Assembly: GCA_010093605.1 (NCBI GenBank)
Contig: MU004193.1
Location: 875,520 to 939,519 of the forward strand
DNA length: 64,000 nucleotides
Source: Lophium mytilinum
Lineage: Eukaryota
Reading direction: 5' to 3'
Shown: one piece after another, positions 48,454-61,129 of the stretch
How positions within the stretch are numbered: the stretch's first letter is position 1
Layout: each line of letters begins with the position of its first letter
Notes under the pieces: model-generated
Told to the model about the DNA's origin: nothing
Databases searched by the model: none
The model's input: only the letters and a program-made list of their open reading frames with translations
Position numbers and translations under genes: made by a program

Positions 48454-50328
48454 CTAGTACTCCCCCAATGGCAGCCGCCTCGCCATAAACCGACTCGGCG
48501 GGCTCCCATAGCCGACGGTCCCGTTCGCTGGCGCTGTAGAAGTCGGGCTGAGCACCGTCGTCCCACTCGCTGTCGCTGTAGAGGAGGCTGGGGACAGAAC
48601 CGTCCCGCTTGCCGGTGCTGTAGAAGCTGGAGGCAGAATAGTTCCACCTACCGGCACTGTGGGTGACGGTGTGCCCACCGTTATAGCTGTCTTGGTGTCC
48701 ACCAAGGACAAGGACGCTGGGGTGGCGTCGACGAGGTCGCCGAATTCCCAGCAGGCTTGTGCGATGGGCTTGTCCAAGGCCTAGACGTTGATGCATCAGT
48801 ATTTGGTTAACAGAGGCATTGGAACATGGGCGACGAGATACGTACAGCAATCTGGAAATTGAGGAAAGGGTCAGCTTCGTCCTCCGTCCTAGCTACCGCG
48901 ACATTCAGCTGGCCGCCGATGTTGGCGCTGATGCGCACGCCGGTCTTGTGGCGAGGGGTGCCGGGAACTATCTCATCTGCTGGGCAGGCGCCTGCGGGGG
49001 CTGTGGATAGGGGTCAGTATAGGTTCGTAATATGATGGTGTGAGATGATGGAGGAAGACGTACCTTCGATGACCTCGAGCTTCGCGTTCACGTTTGGAAC
49101 TCTGAGGTTCAAGCCAATTTCGAAGCCGTGGCCGAGAGCATCGGCCCTCAACTGCAAACTCGGCTGCGCGAAAATGCTCACGGCACCTGAAACCCTCGCA
49201 TCCACGGTGATGGGAAGGGACTCGACATTGGGCATCCACCCAGAGAACTGGTTCGACGAGGGATCCAATAAGTCGACCTCAAGAATAGCCGCGTCGTCAA
49301 GCGTGGCAGTTGCACCACTCGAAATGCCCGCACTGATCGTTAGAGGACCGAGCTGGACGCCCACAGAGACTGTCAGGAAGGGGCCGAGATCAAGAATTTC
49401 AGGGATCGAAATGCCGTCGATAGGGATCTTGACAATATCCCATGTCTTACTCAAATCGCCAGTGATCGCACCAGTTCCTACGAGCTTGATCGCGGCGATA
49501 GCGGAGACGCCCTCGGGCTGCACGGTCATGCTGGCGCCGGTCGGGACGAAGAATGTTTGGGAGATTTTGAACTGCATGTGGAATTTGCCGGCTGTGCTGC
49601 AGTTTGCGCAGACAAGGGTGGCAGAGAGGTCGCCAGAGCCGAGGGTGACGCTGAAAGGGAAGGAAGAAGTGGCATCGATCTCGATGTCTTTGGTGATATC
49701 TCTAGTTTGGAGCGCGTCCTTGGGGAGAGTGCCAACGACTAGATCGTAGCTGTGGGCGACATTCTTCCAGTCACTTTTCGAAGCGGTCAGAAAAGCTGTG
49801 TTGGCTTCCTCGTCGTACTTGAGCGAAGACACAACGAAGGGGAGCCAGTGCGTGTTGCTGCCGCAGTCGGCAACGCCGGCGACCATGATGAAGGTATGGT
49901 TATCGGCTCCGTTCACCCAGTCCCAAATCTTCTGTGCATATGCGAACGTGGCGTCATCCTTGAAGGTGAGCGAAAGGCTGTTGTTGGCAGTGCAGTCAAT
50001 AGACTTAAGCATGCCTTTGAACTTTTCCATGGATAGGATGTTCTCGTTCTTCCCTGGCGTATATACGGTAAAGTTGGCAAGGACTGCGTCACCTCCATCG
50101 GTGGCTAGAGCTGAATTAGCGTTGCTACATCAAAGGGCATATATTAGGGAGATTCATACCCGCATCACCCCAAAGGAAGATCTCAGAGCTTTGAAGTTCG
50201 AGCGCTGATTCCGCACGTTTTCCGATTCCTCCTCTAGACGGAGGAAGGACAGGAACTAGCTCTCTAGCAGCAACATATTGTATAAAGAGAAGAGCAAGAA
50301 GCGCGAAGGAGAGGAATCGAAAAGACAT
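48454..50328 (-). CDS. Secreted beta-rich fungal protein with Ser/Thr-rich repetitive tail
   Basis: Signal peptide MSFRFLSFALLALLFIQYVAA, KR site, WDWVN..FIMVAG..CG, CANCSTAG, LDLGP; tail repeats STAPASGTVLSP. Three introns. Confidence 0.8.
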
Positions 50329-52125
50329 TGTCAAAAAGAGTGAACGACGATATTCGTCTATGTGCTAAAGAACAAAAAGTCAAAGAAACAATTAAAGAGT
50401 GACTGTTGACCGTGTCCTACTTCAGGCTGAAGCTATACTCCTCACCATATATGTATTCTGCAGCGGCCCCCATGTGTCTGGGGCTAGGAAGATCTGTGAT
50501 ACGCCATGGCGAGATCAACGTGGTGTAGATACAGCATAGCCTTGCGAAGCCGCAGAAATTATGCGATGTCATCCATCTGCTGTGCGCAGTTTGAGAACAC
50601 GAAGGATTCGGAACTCTCCAGAGTAAGGAGAACAGGGAATCAGTGGTGGGGTGGTAATCATATTAGGAAGCTCACTTGCCGCTACGCTGCGTGATAGGTT
50701 GTTTCATCGTCCGTCCAGCGGTCCCTGCATTTTCTAAGCCACCAGTGGATGTGCACGATGCATCTCTTGGCGTTACATGTATAATTACCGTGAACTTGCA
50801 ATGGCCTGGAGGTCAGCCACCTAGTCCGTGTAGGGGCCGGTGGCCACACCATGAGACGGAACAGGGAGGCTGAACAGGCCCCTCGTTGCAGGAACCTGGA
50901 AAGCTTCAGGGAGAAATACGAGGAGGCTGAACAAGCTTGAGATCATCGCACGTTTTCACCGGAGTCGATGTGGAGATCGGCAGCCTCCTCGGCTGGCTGC
51001 TGTCAGGGCTGAATAGCGCAATCGTGATGGGCCCTTCCGGTGATGGTGGGGGGTCAGGTGTGGTTAGTATTGACGAGGTGTGCATGGCTGTAGCTTCGAT
51101 TTAAGTGATTTTGAGTGCGTTTTAACGAGATGGACACTCTTGCATGATTTCGATAGGAAGTCAGATGCAAAGAAAAGGGATCCATCGTGAGCGTTGATGT
51201 TAGCGTGTCTTAGTTGAAGAGAGTCTTTCCCTTCGCACGTAGGTTTGCATCCAAGGGTCCATAGTTTATCGATAAGGATCAAATGCGCCAAATAAGGACT
51301 AGCCGCTTAGCTTCACGATTGGACGAAGACTTGCTTACGCTGATGGATGTGGACGCCAACTTACGAAGGGATATAATATTTAAATAATAGGAAAGGAAGT
51401 AAAGCACATTGAAGTATAATTCAGATTAAGTCTTAGATAGTGCTGATATTTACTCGCCTCTAGAAACGTTGATACTTCTCTAGAATAAGAAAACTGCAAA
51501 CGAATACGCTTTACGTGGATACCTCTGATCGAAGGATTCGCTCGCTCTAAAGATGTCAATTAGTTATGGCCGACACAAAGTAGAGCATAGGACATAACGG
51601 AGTTGAACCCTCATGTACGCACGCTACCTGCTATATTACTAATTCTCCTGTGCGTTCTGAATACCCAAGAAGCTTGGTTGGGCTTGGGTGACCGGGTGAA
51701 TGTTGTATCGAACTAAAGAGTGTGGAGGAAGCCTGCTTTACATTCGCATGCTTTTCCGCGGAGGCGGGGGCACGATCGTTGGATCGGGATCGTTTCTAGG
51801 GATTCGAAGGATCATGATTAGCTTTACGCTCGTGGAGATGGGAAATACGCAAGAGGAGCAGGTGAAAACCCGCTGGGCAGTTTTCGCTCTAGTGACACAA
51901 TTATACAACAACTTGATGATTAGGGCGGCTAGCCAATAACATTGATTGCTAAACCATTACCCTACCGCGCGACGCTTGAAAGTATTACTATACGTCTATA
52001 AAGAGCGTTTTCCATCAGAAGGTTGTAGTATCAGCTCCACATCTTGTCTAATATTCCTCGAGTTCTTCCCTTCGATATCAATTGCAGATACGCAATCACC
52101 CCGAAACGCCAAAGAATACTCAGCA

Positions 52126-52756
52126 ATGGCAGCCTCCGATAAAACCCAAAACATCGGGTCGACAGATGATGAAGCCACGGCAACATGCTTCTGTGGCGCC
52201 GTTCAAATGGCATTCGTGAGTATTCCTTCTTCCTGCGTTGGCTTCTCTGTCTGCATTCGGCCATCCTTCAACTTCTTCTTCACCAACACCCTTCCCCAAC
52301 CCAACTTCATCGCTTCTTGGTTCTCCATCCATGTCGATCTCTACCTCGTCTTAACACCGCTAGCCAACCTGGGGCCCGGGCTATATGGGTTCCTTCCTCT
52401 GCCACTGTCTCGACTGCCACAAAATCACTTCCAGCATGTTCAGCTCCGGCTTTTGCATCGACGGCAAATACATCAAGCACACCCGCGGCCAATCCGACCT
52501 TAAAACTGTCTCGCGGACCGAAAGTATCGCCTCCGGTAACACGGTGACAAACTACAGCTGCTCTACCTGCGGTACTCTCATGTATCGCCTTAGCACTGGG
52601 TTTCCTGGACTATATGCCCTGAGAATTGGGACGGTTGATGATGTTACTCTTATGGAGACGAAGTTGAAGCCGACTGTGGAGCAATTCACGACATCGAGGG
52701 TGGCTTATCTCAAGGGGGTAGAGGGAATGAAACAGGTTGAGGGGAATTCATTTTAG
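52126..52756 (+). CDS. GFA / Mss4-like (CENP-V family) zinc-binding protein
   Basis: ATCFCGAV, intron ~52216-52362, CHCLDCHK, CSTCGTLM. Confidence 0.88.
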
Positions 52757-53607
52757 AGACGAAAGGCGGGAAAGAAAACGAGAATTTTGTGGATCATAGA
52801 AGAATATCTGCTGAAAAAAGTATAAGGCTCTTTGTTTACCTAAGGCTACCGTGCTAACGTGCGTGATAAGTCTTTTTCTAGTTTTACCTGATCCTGATAC
52901 CTTTTGTTTAGCGTTCTCGGGGGGGTAAAATGGGTATTAGGTTAATAGTTGCATAGCCGAATTTCGAGATTATATGACAAGATCGACTGGAGATAAGAAC
53001 GAGTAGTGGAGCGTTTCTCAATCTAAAAAGCCGTTCTCTAAGCAGCGGAAGGGTCAAGATAATTGAAACACATCAGTGCATTGTGCCGTTGTAGAAGTGA
53101 TGAAAAAGGAGAAGATTGGTGCTACAGGCAGATTGCACAGCCCCTCGCGACACAAGTGGTTGACAGGACCGCAATAATATACGAAGTAACCTGTGGTTGG
53201 TCAGATCTCATACTTGGTGCCGCTTTAAGAAATACATCGGCTTGTTTTAGCACAAAAGTGTAGTAGTCCTCGTCATTGAATTTATTCACGCCCCGTACTT
53301 ACTCAAATTACCACTCGAGGCTCTACTAATAATCTCAATGGCTCTCAGAAAGCCAAATGTCAGTTCGCTTTGCAATTGGTGATTCTTCTGTCGTGATTCA
53401 CATTCCACAAAGTGAACCCTGATTTGTCCACAACCCAGCCCCCACATCCACCCCGCTGCAAGGGTCAAAGAGCCGAGTACTCGAGGCTAACACAAGCCTA
53501 GCTAGCCCATCAAAAACCTTCCAACATCATCAATGCCCAAGCAGCGCCTCGTACCACTTTTAATGTACTGTATATATTTTGTATAATTCTCGAATTTTGC
53601 ACAATTC

Positions 53608-53692
53608 GGTCTTATAGTGTAGTGGTTATCACTCCGGATTTTGATGTTCGTCAGAAGTTCCGGCGACCCAGGTTCGAGCCCTGGTAAGACCT
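53608..53692 (+). tRNA. tRNA-Gln(TTG) with 13-nt intron
   Basis: GGTCTTA/TAAGACC+T acceptor, CCGGA-TT TTG A[TGTTCGTCAGAAG]T-TCCGG, GGTTCGAGCCC. Confidence 0.92.
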
Positions 53693-54308
53693 TCGTTCTT
53701 CTTTTGAAGTTTTTTGGTCTGTTGAACACCTTCGAATCTACATACGTGGTGGGCTGCGGATTGATTTTTGGCTGCGCGTGGTGCGTAGGCCGTATTCCAG
53801 AGCTTAGTAGGGGCTCCGACGTTATACCGGGCTGCATAGGGGGCTTTCGTGCACGGTTTAGAGTACTTTTGGGGACTATGGGGCGAGCTCGCTGCGCCTG
53901 CAAGCTTCTAAGACATGCCCTTGGCTTTCTTTGCCCTCCTTTGTTTCTCAGTTACAGCTACAGATACTGGCCCCTCTACGTCCGCGAATATGTCCACACC
54001 CCTTAAATCCAACAAAAAGCTATACATCAATCGTCTCGGTCTCCGCAGCCTCCGTGCGGGGTTCTAATGACACATTTCATCATCATTCCCGCCACAGATC
54101 CCCAACACTCCTCCACCGCAACCACAACGCCCCAAATCGCCGCCCCATCTGTTTATTTCTCCCCTGCTCAAACGCCGACGATATCCGAGCGTCACGGTGG
54201 TTCGCCCGTCTCCGCGTTATCTGCCGTTCCCTTTGCTAAACTGTTCACCAATTCCGAACGGAGTTCTTCAGCTTTACGGTCCAAAAATCCCTTAGCGTCC
54301 TCACAATC

Positions 54309-54390
54309 GGTCCTATGGTGTAGTGGTTAGCACGTCGGATTCTGATACTCCTGATTTCCGGAGACCCCGGTTCGATTCCGGGTAGGACCT
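54309..54390 (+). tRNA. tRNA-Gln(CTG) with 10-nt intron
   Basis: GGTCCTA/TAGGACC+T acceptor, TCGGA-TT CTG A[TACTCCTGAT]T-TCCGG, GGTTCGATTCC, T-run terminator. Confidence 0.92.
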
Positions 54391-55409
54391 TTAGAAAGGC
54401 CTGACTTTTTTTGCTTTTTGCTACCTCACAGTCATGATACGCTCTCGTTTCGTTCTTCTTGCGTTCTAAAAAGGCGAGCTGTTGAGATTGGGTGATGGGG
54501 AAAAGTGATGATGGTAACGAAGATAGTTGGGGGAGGGAAAGAGCGAGGATGATTGGCGGCTTCGGATCTTTAAGGAGATTTGGGGGCAAGTGTCGAGAGG
54601 TAGGTTTGGTTTCGATGTCCTCGTGATTTTGGGGCAAAGGTAATCGTTTTTGCATATCTGCGCTGTTTTACTGGGAGATCCCTACACCCCTTGCGATGCT
54701 GGTGGTCACTATGTCTACTTTTCCATCTCCCACGCTCTTGAGCTACCTATGAACCTATCACCGTGCCCGCATACAAAAGAGAGAGGCGTGCAGCACACTA
54801 TATCGGTACGGAAGAGCAGGCCAGCAACAGCACGCTTTAAATTGACACTTCAAGCACTAAATATACCAAACGCTGCATCAAGGGAAGGCAATAAGTTTAA
54901 AGACAAGCCCGCTCGATTGAGCCCGGAGTAATCAAGTATATTACACCCTCGCCCTGCCGCCCTTAGTGGACTTACACTAGAAACGAATATCGACCGAGGA
55001 ATTTCGAGGAAGAATGTATCACAGGCAAGCAAGTAGGAAAGAGAGCGGGTGCAAGAGATATAGCAAACTCTCCGAAGGTCCTTTAGAATCGTGACTCAAT
55101 CGCTCTCGCACCATCACGCTCTCCGTTTCTCATCCACGCCCGCAACGGAATTGCCGATTTTCTTCAAACCCGGAAGTAGAGCTTACCCACATCACGTGCA
55201 TAATAACGGAGGTTAAGTAACACAGTAAAGTTAGTAAAACAGGGAATGAATTATGCCCGCTCTGGACGCATTCACCCATTTAGAAGAGGTCGGCTCCGCA
55301 TCACAACCATCCCGTTCATCATGCTACCGAAATCTTGGAGATCCCATTCCCCGAATTTCGACCGCAACTCCACGAACACGCCTCCAGGCATCTCCGCCCG
55401 CTAGCCAGC

Positions 55410-57116
55410 CTAGACAGACCAGCACTGTACACTACTCAGCTTCATATCGAACGCCGGAGTAAGCGTGTTCTTGACGCCTTGGGTCATCTCGAACGAACTG
55501 CCCGTGCAGTCTTGCTTCCTGTGCACCCGTTAGCCGACCATCCCCATGCTTCATCGCTTGCCCATAAAAAGGCAAAAGAAACACTTACTCATAGTACCCG
55601 CACTTATTCCCAGCAGTAACCTGAATCGAGCGCACCGCATTATCCCATCCCCCAAAGACGTTATACAAATTAATGCATACCGTGTTCGCGCGGATATCCA
55701 GATGATCCCCCGTCAAGCTCTGCCCCTTAAACAAATGCGTAGCATACTCGTCCCGCTTGACAAGCCCGCTATCCTTGGCCGGGGGCGCTACGTTGCTGGG
55801 CTTGGGGGGTGAGCCGCCATCGGGATGCCAGCATTTCGCGCTACTCAGCTGCCGATCAAACCTAGCATCGAGCGTGTCGGCCGCGCCGTAGACGAGCTCG
55901 AAGCTGAGGCCGGAGCATTTTTGGTCGCTGTGGAGACGTTAGCGACACTCCCTTTCAATTCCCAACATCGACCTCTTAAAAGAGAGGAAAGGGGGGAAAT
56001 ACGTACACATAGAACTCGCACTTCCAGCCCGCCGTCACCTTCAGCGAGCGCGGGACGTTATCCCAGTTGTCGCCACTAACAGTATCGTATTGGAGGTCAT
56101 AGCAGAATGCGAAATGGCCCGGTTGGATGCTAGTGCTGTCGCCGCACAGGTTCTGTTCTTTGAAGAAGTATGCGGCGTTTTCGTCCTCGCGCTTTTCCAT
56201 GGACTGATCCGATGCAGGGTGGCACTGGTAGCTGCTAATCGCCTTTTCGAAGCCGTCGGGGAGGGATTTGACGACGCCGTTCGGGGGTGCGACGGTGAAG
56301 TTGGCTCCGGTGCAGTCGTAGGATCTGTGTAGGTGTTTAGCGATAGCTCAAGATGTGGGTTACCTTTACAGGCCGTCTTGTGTGTTCGGGGTAAGGGAAA
56401 AGGGGAATTACAGGTAGAAGCTGCATTCACTGCCCAGAACGACTGCTAGCGATTGGATGGCATTGTCCCAAATGCTGCTAAGAGGGACGCAGGAAGAGGG
56501 CGACTGGCCGTTAGTGACTTCGAGAGTATAGCCGGTTAGGTGGGATTCGCTATGGAAGATGGCAGCATTGGGTTCGGTGCGCTTAGCCCAGGTTAAAGGC
56601 GGGTCGTGGACGCCGTGCCTGGGTGGATGCCAGGGGCCGTCATGGTTTGCGCGCTTAGTCTTGTCGGCGTCCTAGAAGGTGGATAAGTGTGTGTGATCCA
56701 GAATGGAATTGCGAATCTCCTCTTGTAGGAAGTCAAAGGAAAGGCAAACTACTCACCGTATAGTAATCACATTTATAGCTCATCATCCCATCATCCCACT
56801 CCTCCGGAATAGTCGGATATTCCTCTCCACTGGAGACGACGAAGACGCCATCGCCATCCTGCGGGCAGTCTACCGCTGAGTATAGCTCGCAATAGCTCGA
56901 AGCATCATCGGTCTGGCGAACCGAGGAGATGTTGCCAGCTAAGCCTTCCGGGATATTCACACATCCGGCCTTGAGCCAGAAGTACTCGACATCCCCGGCG
57001 AAGTTGGGCTTCGTGTAGGCGGCGCCGCAAGCGTATGGACCCTCGAAGACCGGGGTCGGGGTGCAGGCGACGAGGGCGCCAGTGAGCGCGAGGGGAACGA
57101 GAGTAGTGAAGCGCAT
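55410..57116 (-). CDS. Secreted 461-aa polyprotein: four Cys-rich (beta/gamma-crystallin-like) repeats separated by Kex2 KR sites
   Basis: Exons 57116-56757, 56671-56412, 56324-56007, 55927-55589 and 55518-55410 join with GT..AG ends into 1386 nt with no internal stop. Signal peptide MRFTTLVPLALTGALVA; each repeat has C..S..CxxYxxxxC..SxxC. Confidence 0.85.
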
Positions 57117-57809
57117 CTTGTTGGATGCGTGGTGGAGGATTTGTTGTGGTGTGGTATACAGAGTTGATGAGAGTGCGTTTGAAGAAAAGTGGAGGCGGCG
57201 AGGTTTATGTTGGGGAAAGTAGACAGATTTATGGTGCCCGTCAGTGAACAATCTATCCACTAAAGCCGGAACCCCAAAAATGAAGCCCAATTTCCGCACA
57301 GAGCAAATGAGTGACGTAGAAAGAAATGAGAGGTTTCAGCGCCCGCCGGAAGAAGGTAAATGCGAGCGCACGTGGCGAAGCAAAGTAGTGATGAGAGTCG
57401 TCAACAGCCGCTGCAGTAGAACTAAATGATTAATAGAATGGATATCTTTGCTTGCATGACAGGGCTTCCTGCGAGCCGAGAGAAAGAAAGAATGTTTTCC
57501 AATTCACCAGGAAAGATGAAATCTGCTTCTCCACATCCACCCAGGAGCCTTGTTTGTATGGAGGCTGCAGTCTGGTAGATAAGACGTTGAAAACGACAAG
57601 AAACATTTTGATATTGACGGTTGATAGCTTCTGATGTCTGCTTGTCCATATATCTTGGCAAGCATACAATACCACTATTCCAACCTGCTTATCGAGGCAG
57701 TCGCTCTGGCTTACTGCTTCTCTGCAAAGAATCGTCCGTGCTTTCTAGAGGGCATAACTGCAAGATGCCCCAGAAGCGAGGGAACACGGGTTTCTGCTTC
57801 TCTTGGTGC

Positions 57810-60800
57810 TCAATACTTAACAGCATATTGGCTTCTCACAAAAACCGGCACCGGCTTCTCCTCGAGCCAATCTTCCTCGTCCCTCAACTCCCAATGGAAC
57901 AGCTGCTCTCTCCCTACCGACCTCGTCAGGCTCTGCTTGACCTCATGCAGTTTCTTCAGGTAACTGATGTCCCACTCTACGACCAAGCGCGTATGGGCGA
58001 AGCGCTCGACGACAAGCAATCGACCAGCGGACAGGGGAAAGGTTTGATTCGGCTGGAGCCCACTGATACTCCATCGATTCTGCTGTTTATGCTGCTTGCG
58101 TGAGTAAGATGTTGATGGTGTATGTTTGAGAGATGATGGCAGTATAGTAGCGGGGGATGACCAACTTTTCTCTCCGACAGCCTTAATTCGAGCCCCTTAG
58201 GCAGCGGTGCGGCGCGATTGACGCACAGTGCCGTTTCAAGCACCGGCAAGCCAAGATTTGACGCGTTCGACTTGTCCCTTATTTGACATCTTCCACCATA
58301 CTTGTAGTCTGTCTGCAGGCAATCCTCCGTCATGACCGCAAACGTGCATTTCGTTTCTGAGTCTGCCAGGAAGCCTGTCCAGCTATGTGGGTTTTGTCGC
58401 AGCTGGACTCTGTACCTTTCATCGTCTTTCGTCACCCACAAGGCGCGTAGCGTGCGGTCTTGGTCCACGTTTGAGTGGCGCAGTCCCTCCAGGCACCATG
58501 AGACGAGCTGGCCGAGATCACGCCGCCATTCCCGGTGCTTGTTGTAGAGATCGCGGAAAGCACGGCGGTCGCGGGATTCGATGGCTTCGTGGAAGGCCTT
58601 TTCACAAGCAAAAGGAGCAGTGCTACTTTTGCAGGTCTCGAGCCAGCTTCGCATGGTTGGGGTGTTGATGATGGATTTCAGGCGGCGGCGGCGGGCATTG
58701 TGGCTGCAGAGGGAAACTTCGAGACCGATGAAGTGTTCGAGAATGGCGGGATTACGGTTGCCGTTATTGTGTTTCCATGCGTCGCAGATAGCATCTTTCA
58801 GAGTAACACCCGAGCGCCTCTAAGGAGGAGTCAGTATCCCCATACTACAATTGCATTCCGTTCACGTGTTTGAAAGTAGCTCGATGGAGCTTAAGAGAGC
58901 GGTAGACAATGGACAAGGTTGTTTCTATAAGGCAAGCTATGCCGGAAATGTAAGGCTGGGAGCTGGTACAACGCACCTTGTAGGTTTTACTAGCGCCAAT
59001 AGCCACGCCATAAGCACCAACATTCGCACCTACAGTTTCTTCTGCTAACACTCTAGTCGGCGGTCGAGTGCCCAGGTCGTCTAGCATGTTGGTCATGTGA
59101 AGACGTCGAAGAAACTCGTGCGAGGAGATTTTGCAAGCAGGGTTGACTTTCAATTGTGATGTTCTTGACCAATTAGCAAAATTTGATGGAACGTAGATTT
59201 AGTGACCGGCATTACCTCTTTTCAATCTCAGTAGACGCTCCGATGAGTAGCCTAGCACCTGGCTCGATGGCCCCGGCGACCTTCGAATTCGCCTCCTTTT
59301 CCCCACGCGGTATCCAGTGACTAGGAACTTCATTCTCTTCTACCTCTGGAGCCGTCTGATCGCCATACCAGTGAACAATGGAGCCGGATCCTGTGTCGTA
59401 CTTGATAACGGAGTCCGAATCCTCTGTCTGCTTCGCCGCCCAGACGGGACCCCAGATGTCCGCAAAGTCATCGATCGTAGTTGATAGATACAAGGGCTGG
59501 TTGTCGTCCCATAGGAGGCTGCTTTGAAACGTCCACACTTTATGGGAACCAAGAAAGCCGTCGAGACAGCTCAGCGACCTTCGGCGAATCATAATGCCCT
59601 CGCTACCGTCGACAACATAGGTCCAAGCGGCTGTGATTTTGGCGAAATCGAGGTCTTCACCAAGATAATTTGCGTCGAATCGTTCGATATGTGCACCGCA
59701 GTAGGAGATGATGCTTATATCGAGGACCATGGCTACTTTGCGCCACATACCTACTTGTCCGCTCCTACTGATAGAATTGCCCTTGGGTAGACGTAGCCGG
59801 TCGAGGATGTTTTCGCATCGGCGGGTAATATCTTTGAGTTTCTTGACTAACTCGGGGGGTACTTTATGACTCTGACCCAATTTAGAGATTATCATCTCTA
59901 AGCTTTCCTCGAATACAGCACCTAGATGGGCGATTTTGTCAATTTCGATTCTGGTCAGACGTGCAACGCCTGGCCGATGACGATCCACGCTCAATACACT
60001 GATTGACGTGTCGCAATACCGAGAAGCCACCATCTTAGCAAGATTCGACTTGATCTGGAGCATCAAGTTTCGACATTCCAGTACGTGAAAGGCCCAGGAT
60101 GCGAAAGCCTCCCTAGATGAGGCTTCTTGGGCGCTGCTACCTGAATCTTTTGAGGACCGTGATCGTTCATTGCAGAAAGACATGATGAGATCATCGTAGT
60201 TTTTCGATTGGTTACTAGCTGTTCCTCCGTCTCCGTGGAAATCGAAGTTCAATAAGTAACGTCCATGTGGATATGCTTGCCGATTCTCACGTTTCAGCAA
60301 GAAGAGAGCAGAGTTCCCAGCAACATTTGCCTCAAGCTCTTCAAGATCGCAATAGTACCTCTCAGGTCGGATAAGTCTTTCATCACGATTTAGTTCTGGC
60401 GGCAGATCATCCAGAGAGGCAGTCGAGATTTCGGTCTCTAGGTCCGAGTTCACGTGATTTTCTTCATCGTCGTCGAAAACGGAGGCGGCAATGTCAGACT
60501 GAGTATCGATACTCTCGGACTTTTTCAGAGCAGGAGAAGGCATCCCTGAGTACTTTCGAGATGAGACGGGTGCTGGCGTATGCGACTTGCGTTGGACGGC
60601 CCATTCTGGGATAGTGGTGATGCTGGTCCTCTGCATTGATCCAACTGACAAGGCACCAGCAGCCTGCGCATAGGTGAGCGGGCCATCACTGTCTTGTCTA
60701 TTGAGAGTGATGATTGGCGAGGACTGTGTTCGAGTTTGTAGAACTGGATCCGGATGTTTCGAGCTCCGCCGCTTGGGCTTTCTTTCCCAAGTGTTCGGCT

Positions 60801-61129
60801 CGTCTCCAAACCAGTCGTCTGGGCTAGTGTTAGGTTTGTATGAGGCTCTAACGAGGAGGCTCACCAGGCTGCGGCTTCGGACTCGTTCCTCCTAGCGATC
60901 TCTGCTCGCCGGGACCAATAATGAACGAAGTTCGAGACGGCGATGGAGCGCTGGAACGGCGCACATCCTGCGTCTTCAAATTTGGGGTTAGGTCACGTTG
61001 GCTTTCTTTCTTCCCGCGTGGTGCTTTGCTAGATGCAGGGCGGGCATCGTCTCTCCCACGGCTGATGGGCCGGCGGCTGTCCAGGTGGGCCAGGCTTTTG
61101 ATTTGTTTGGTCAGATTGACGGCCGACAT
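57810..61129 (-). CDS. Large hypothetical protein (multi-exon), no recognisable domain
   Basis: ORFs 61129-60865, ~60830-59215, a middle exon through ~58165, and a last exon ending FVRSQYAVKY* at 57810, joined by GT..AG introns. Contains YLSTTIDDFADIWGP and RLLIGA motifs. Confidence 0.65.

Noticed and set aside
48454..48520. GPI anchor on the secreted Ser/Thr-tailed protein
   Set aside because: The C-terminus (SRFMARRLPLGEY) lacks a hydrophobic GPI signal.
55640..55715. Suspected frameshifts in G-runs of polyprotein domain 4
   Set aside because: Both runs have five bases, and the frame is intact (LTGDHLDIR..FGGWDNAVRS).
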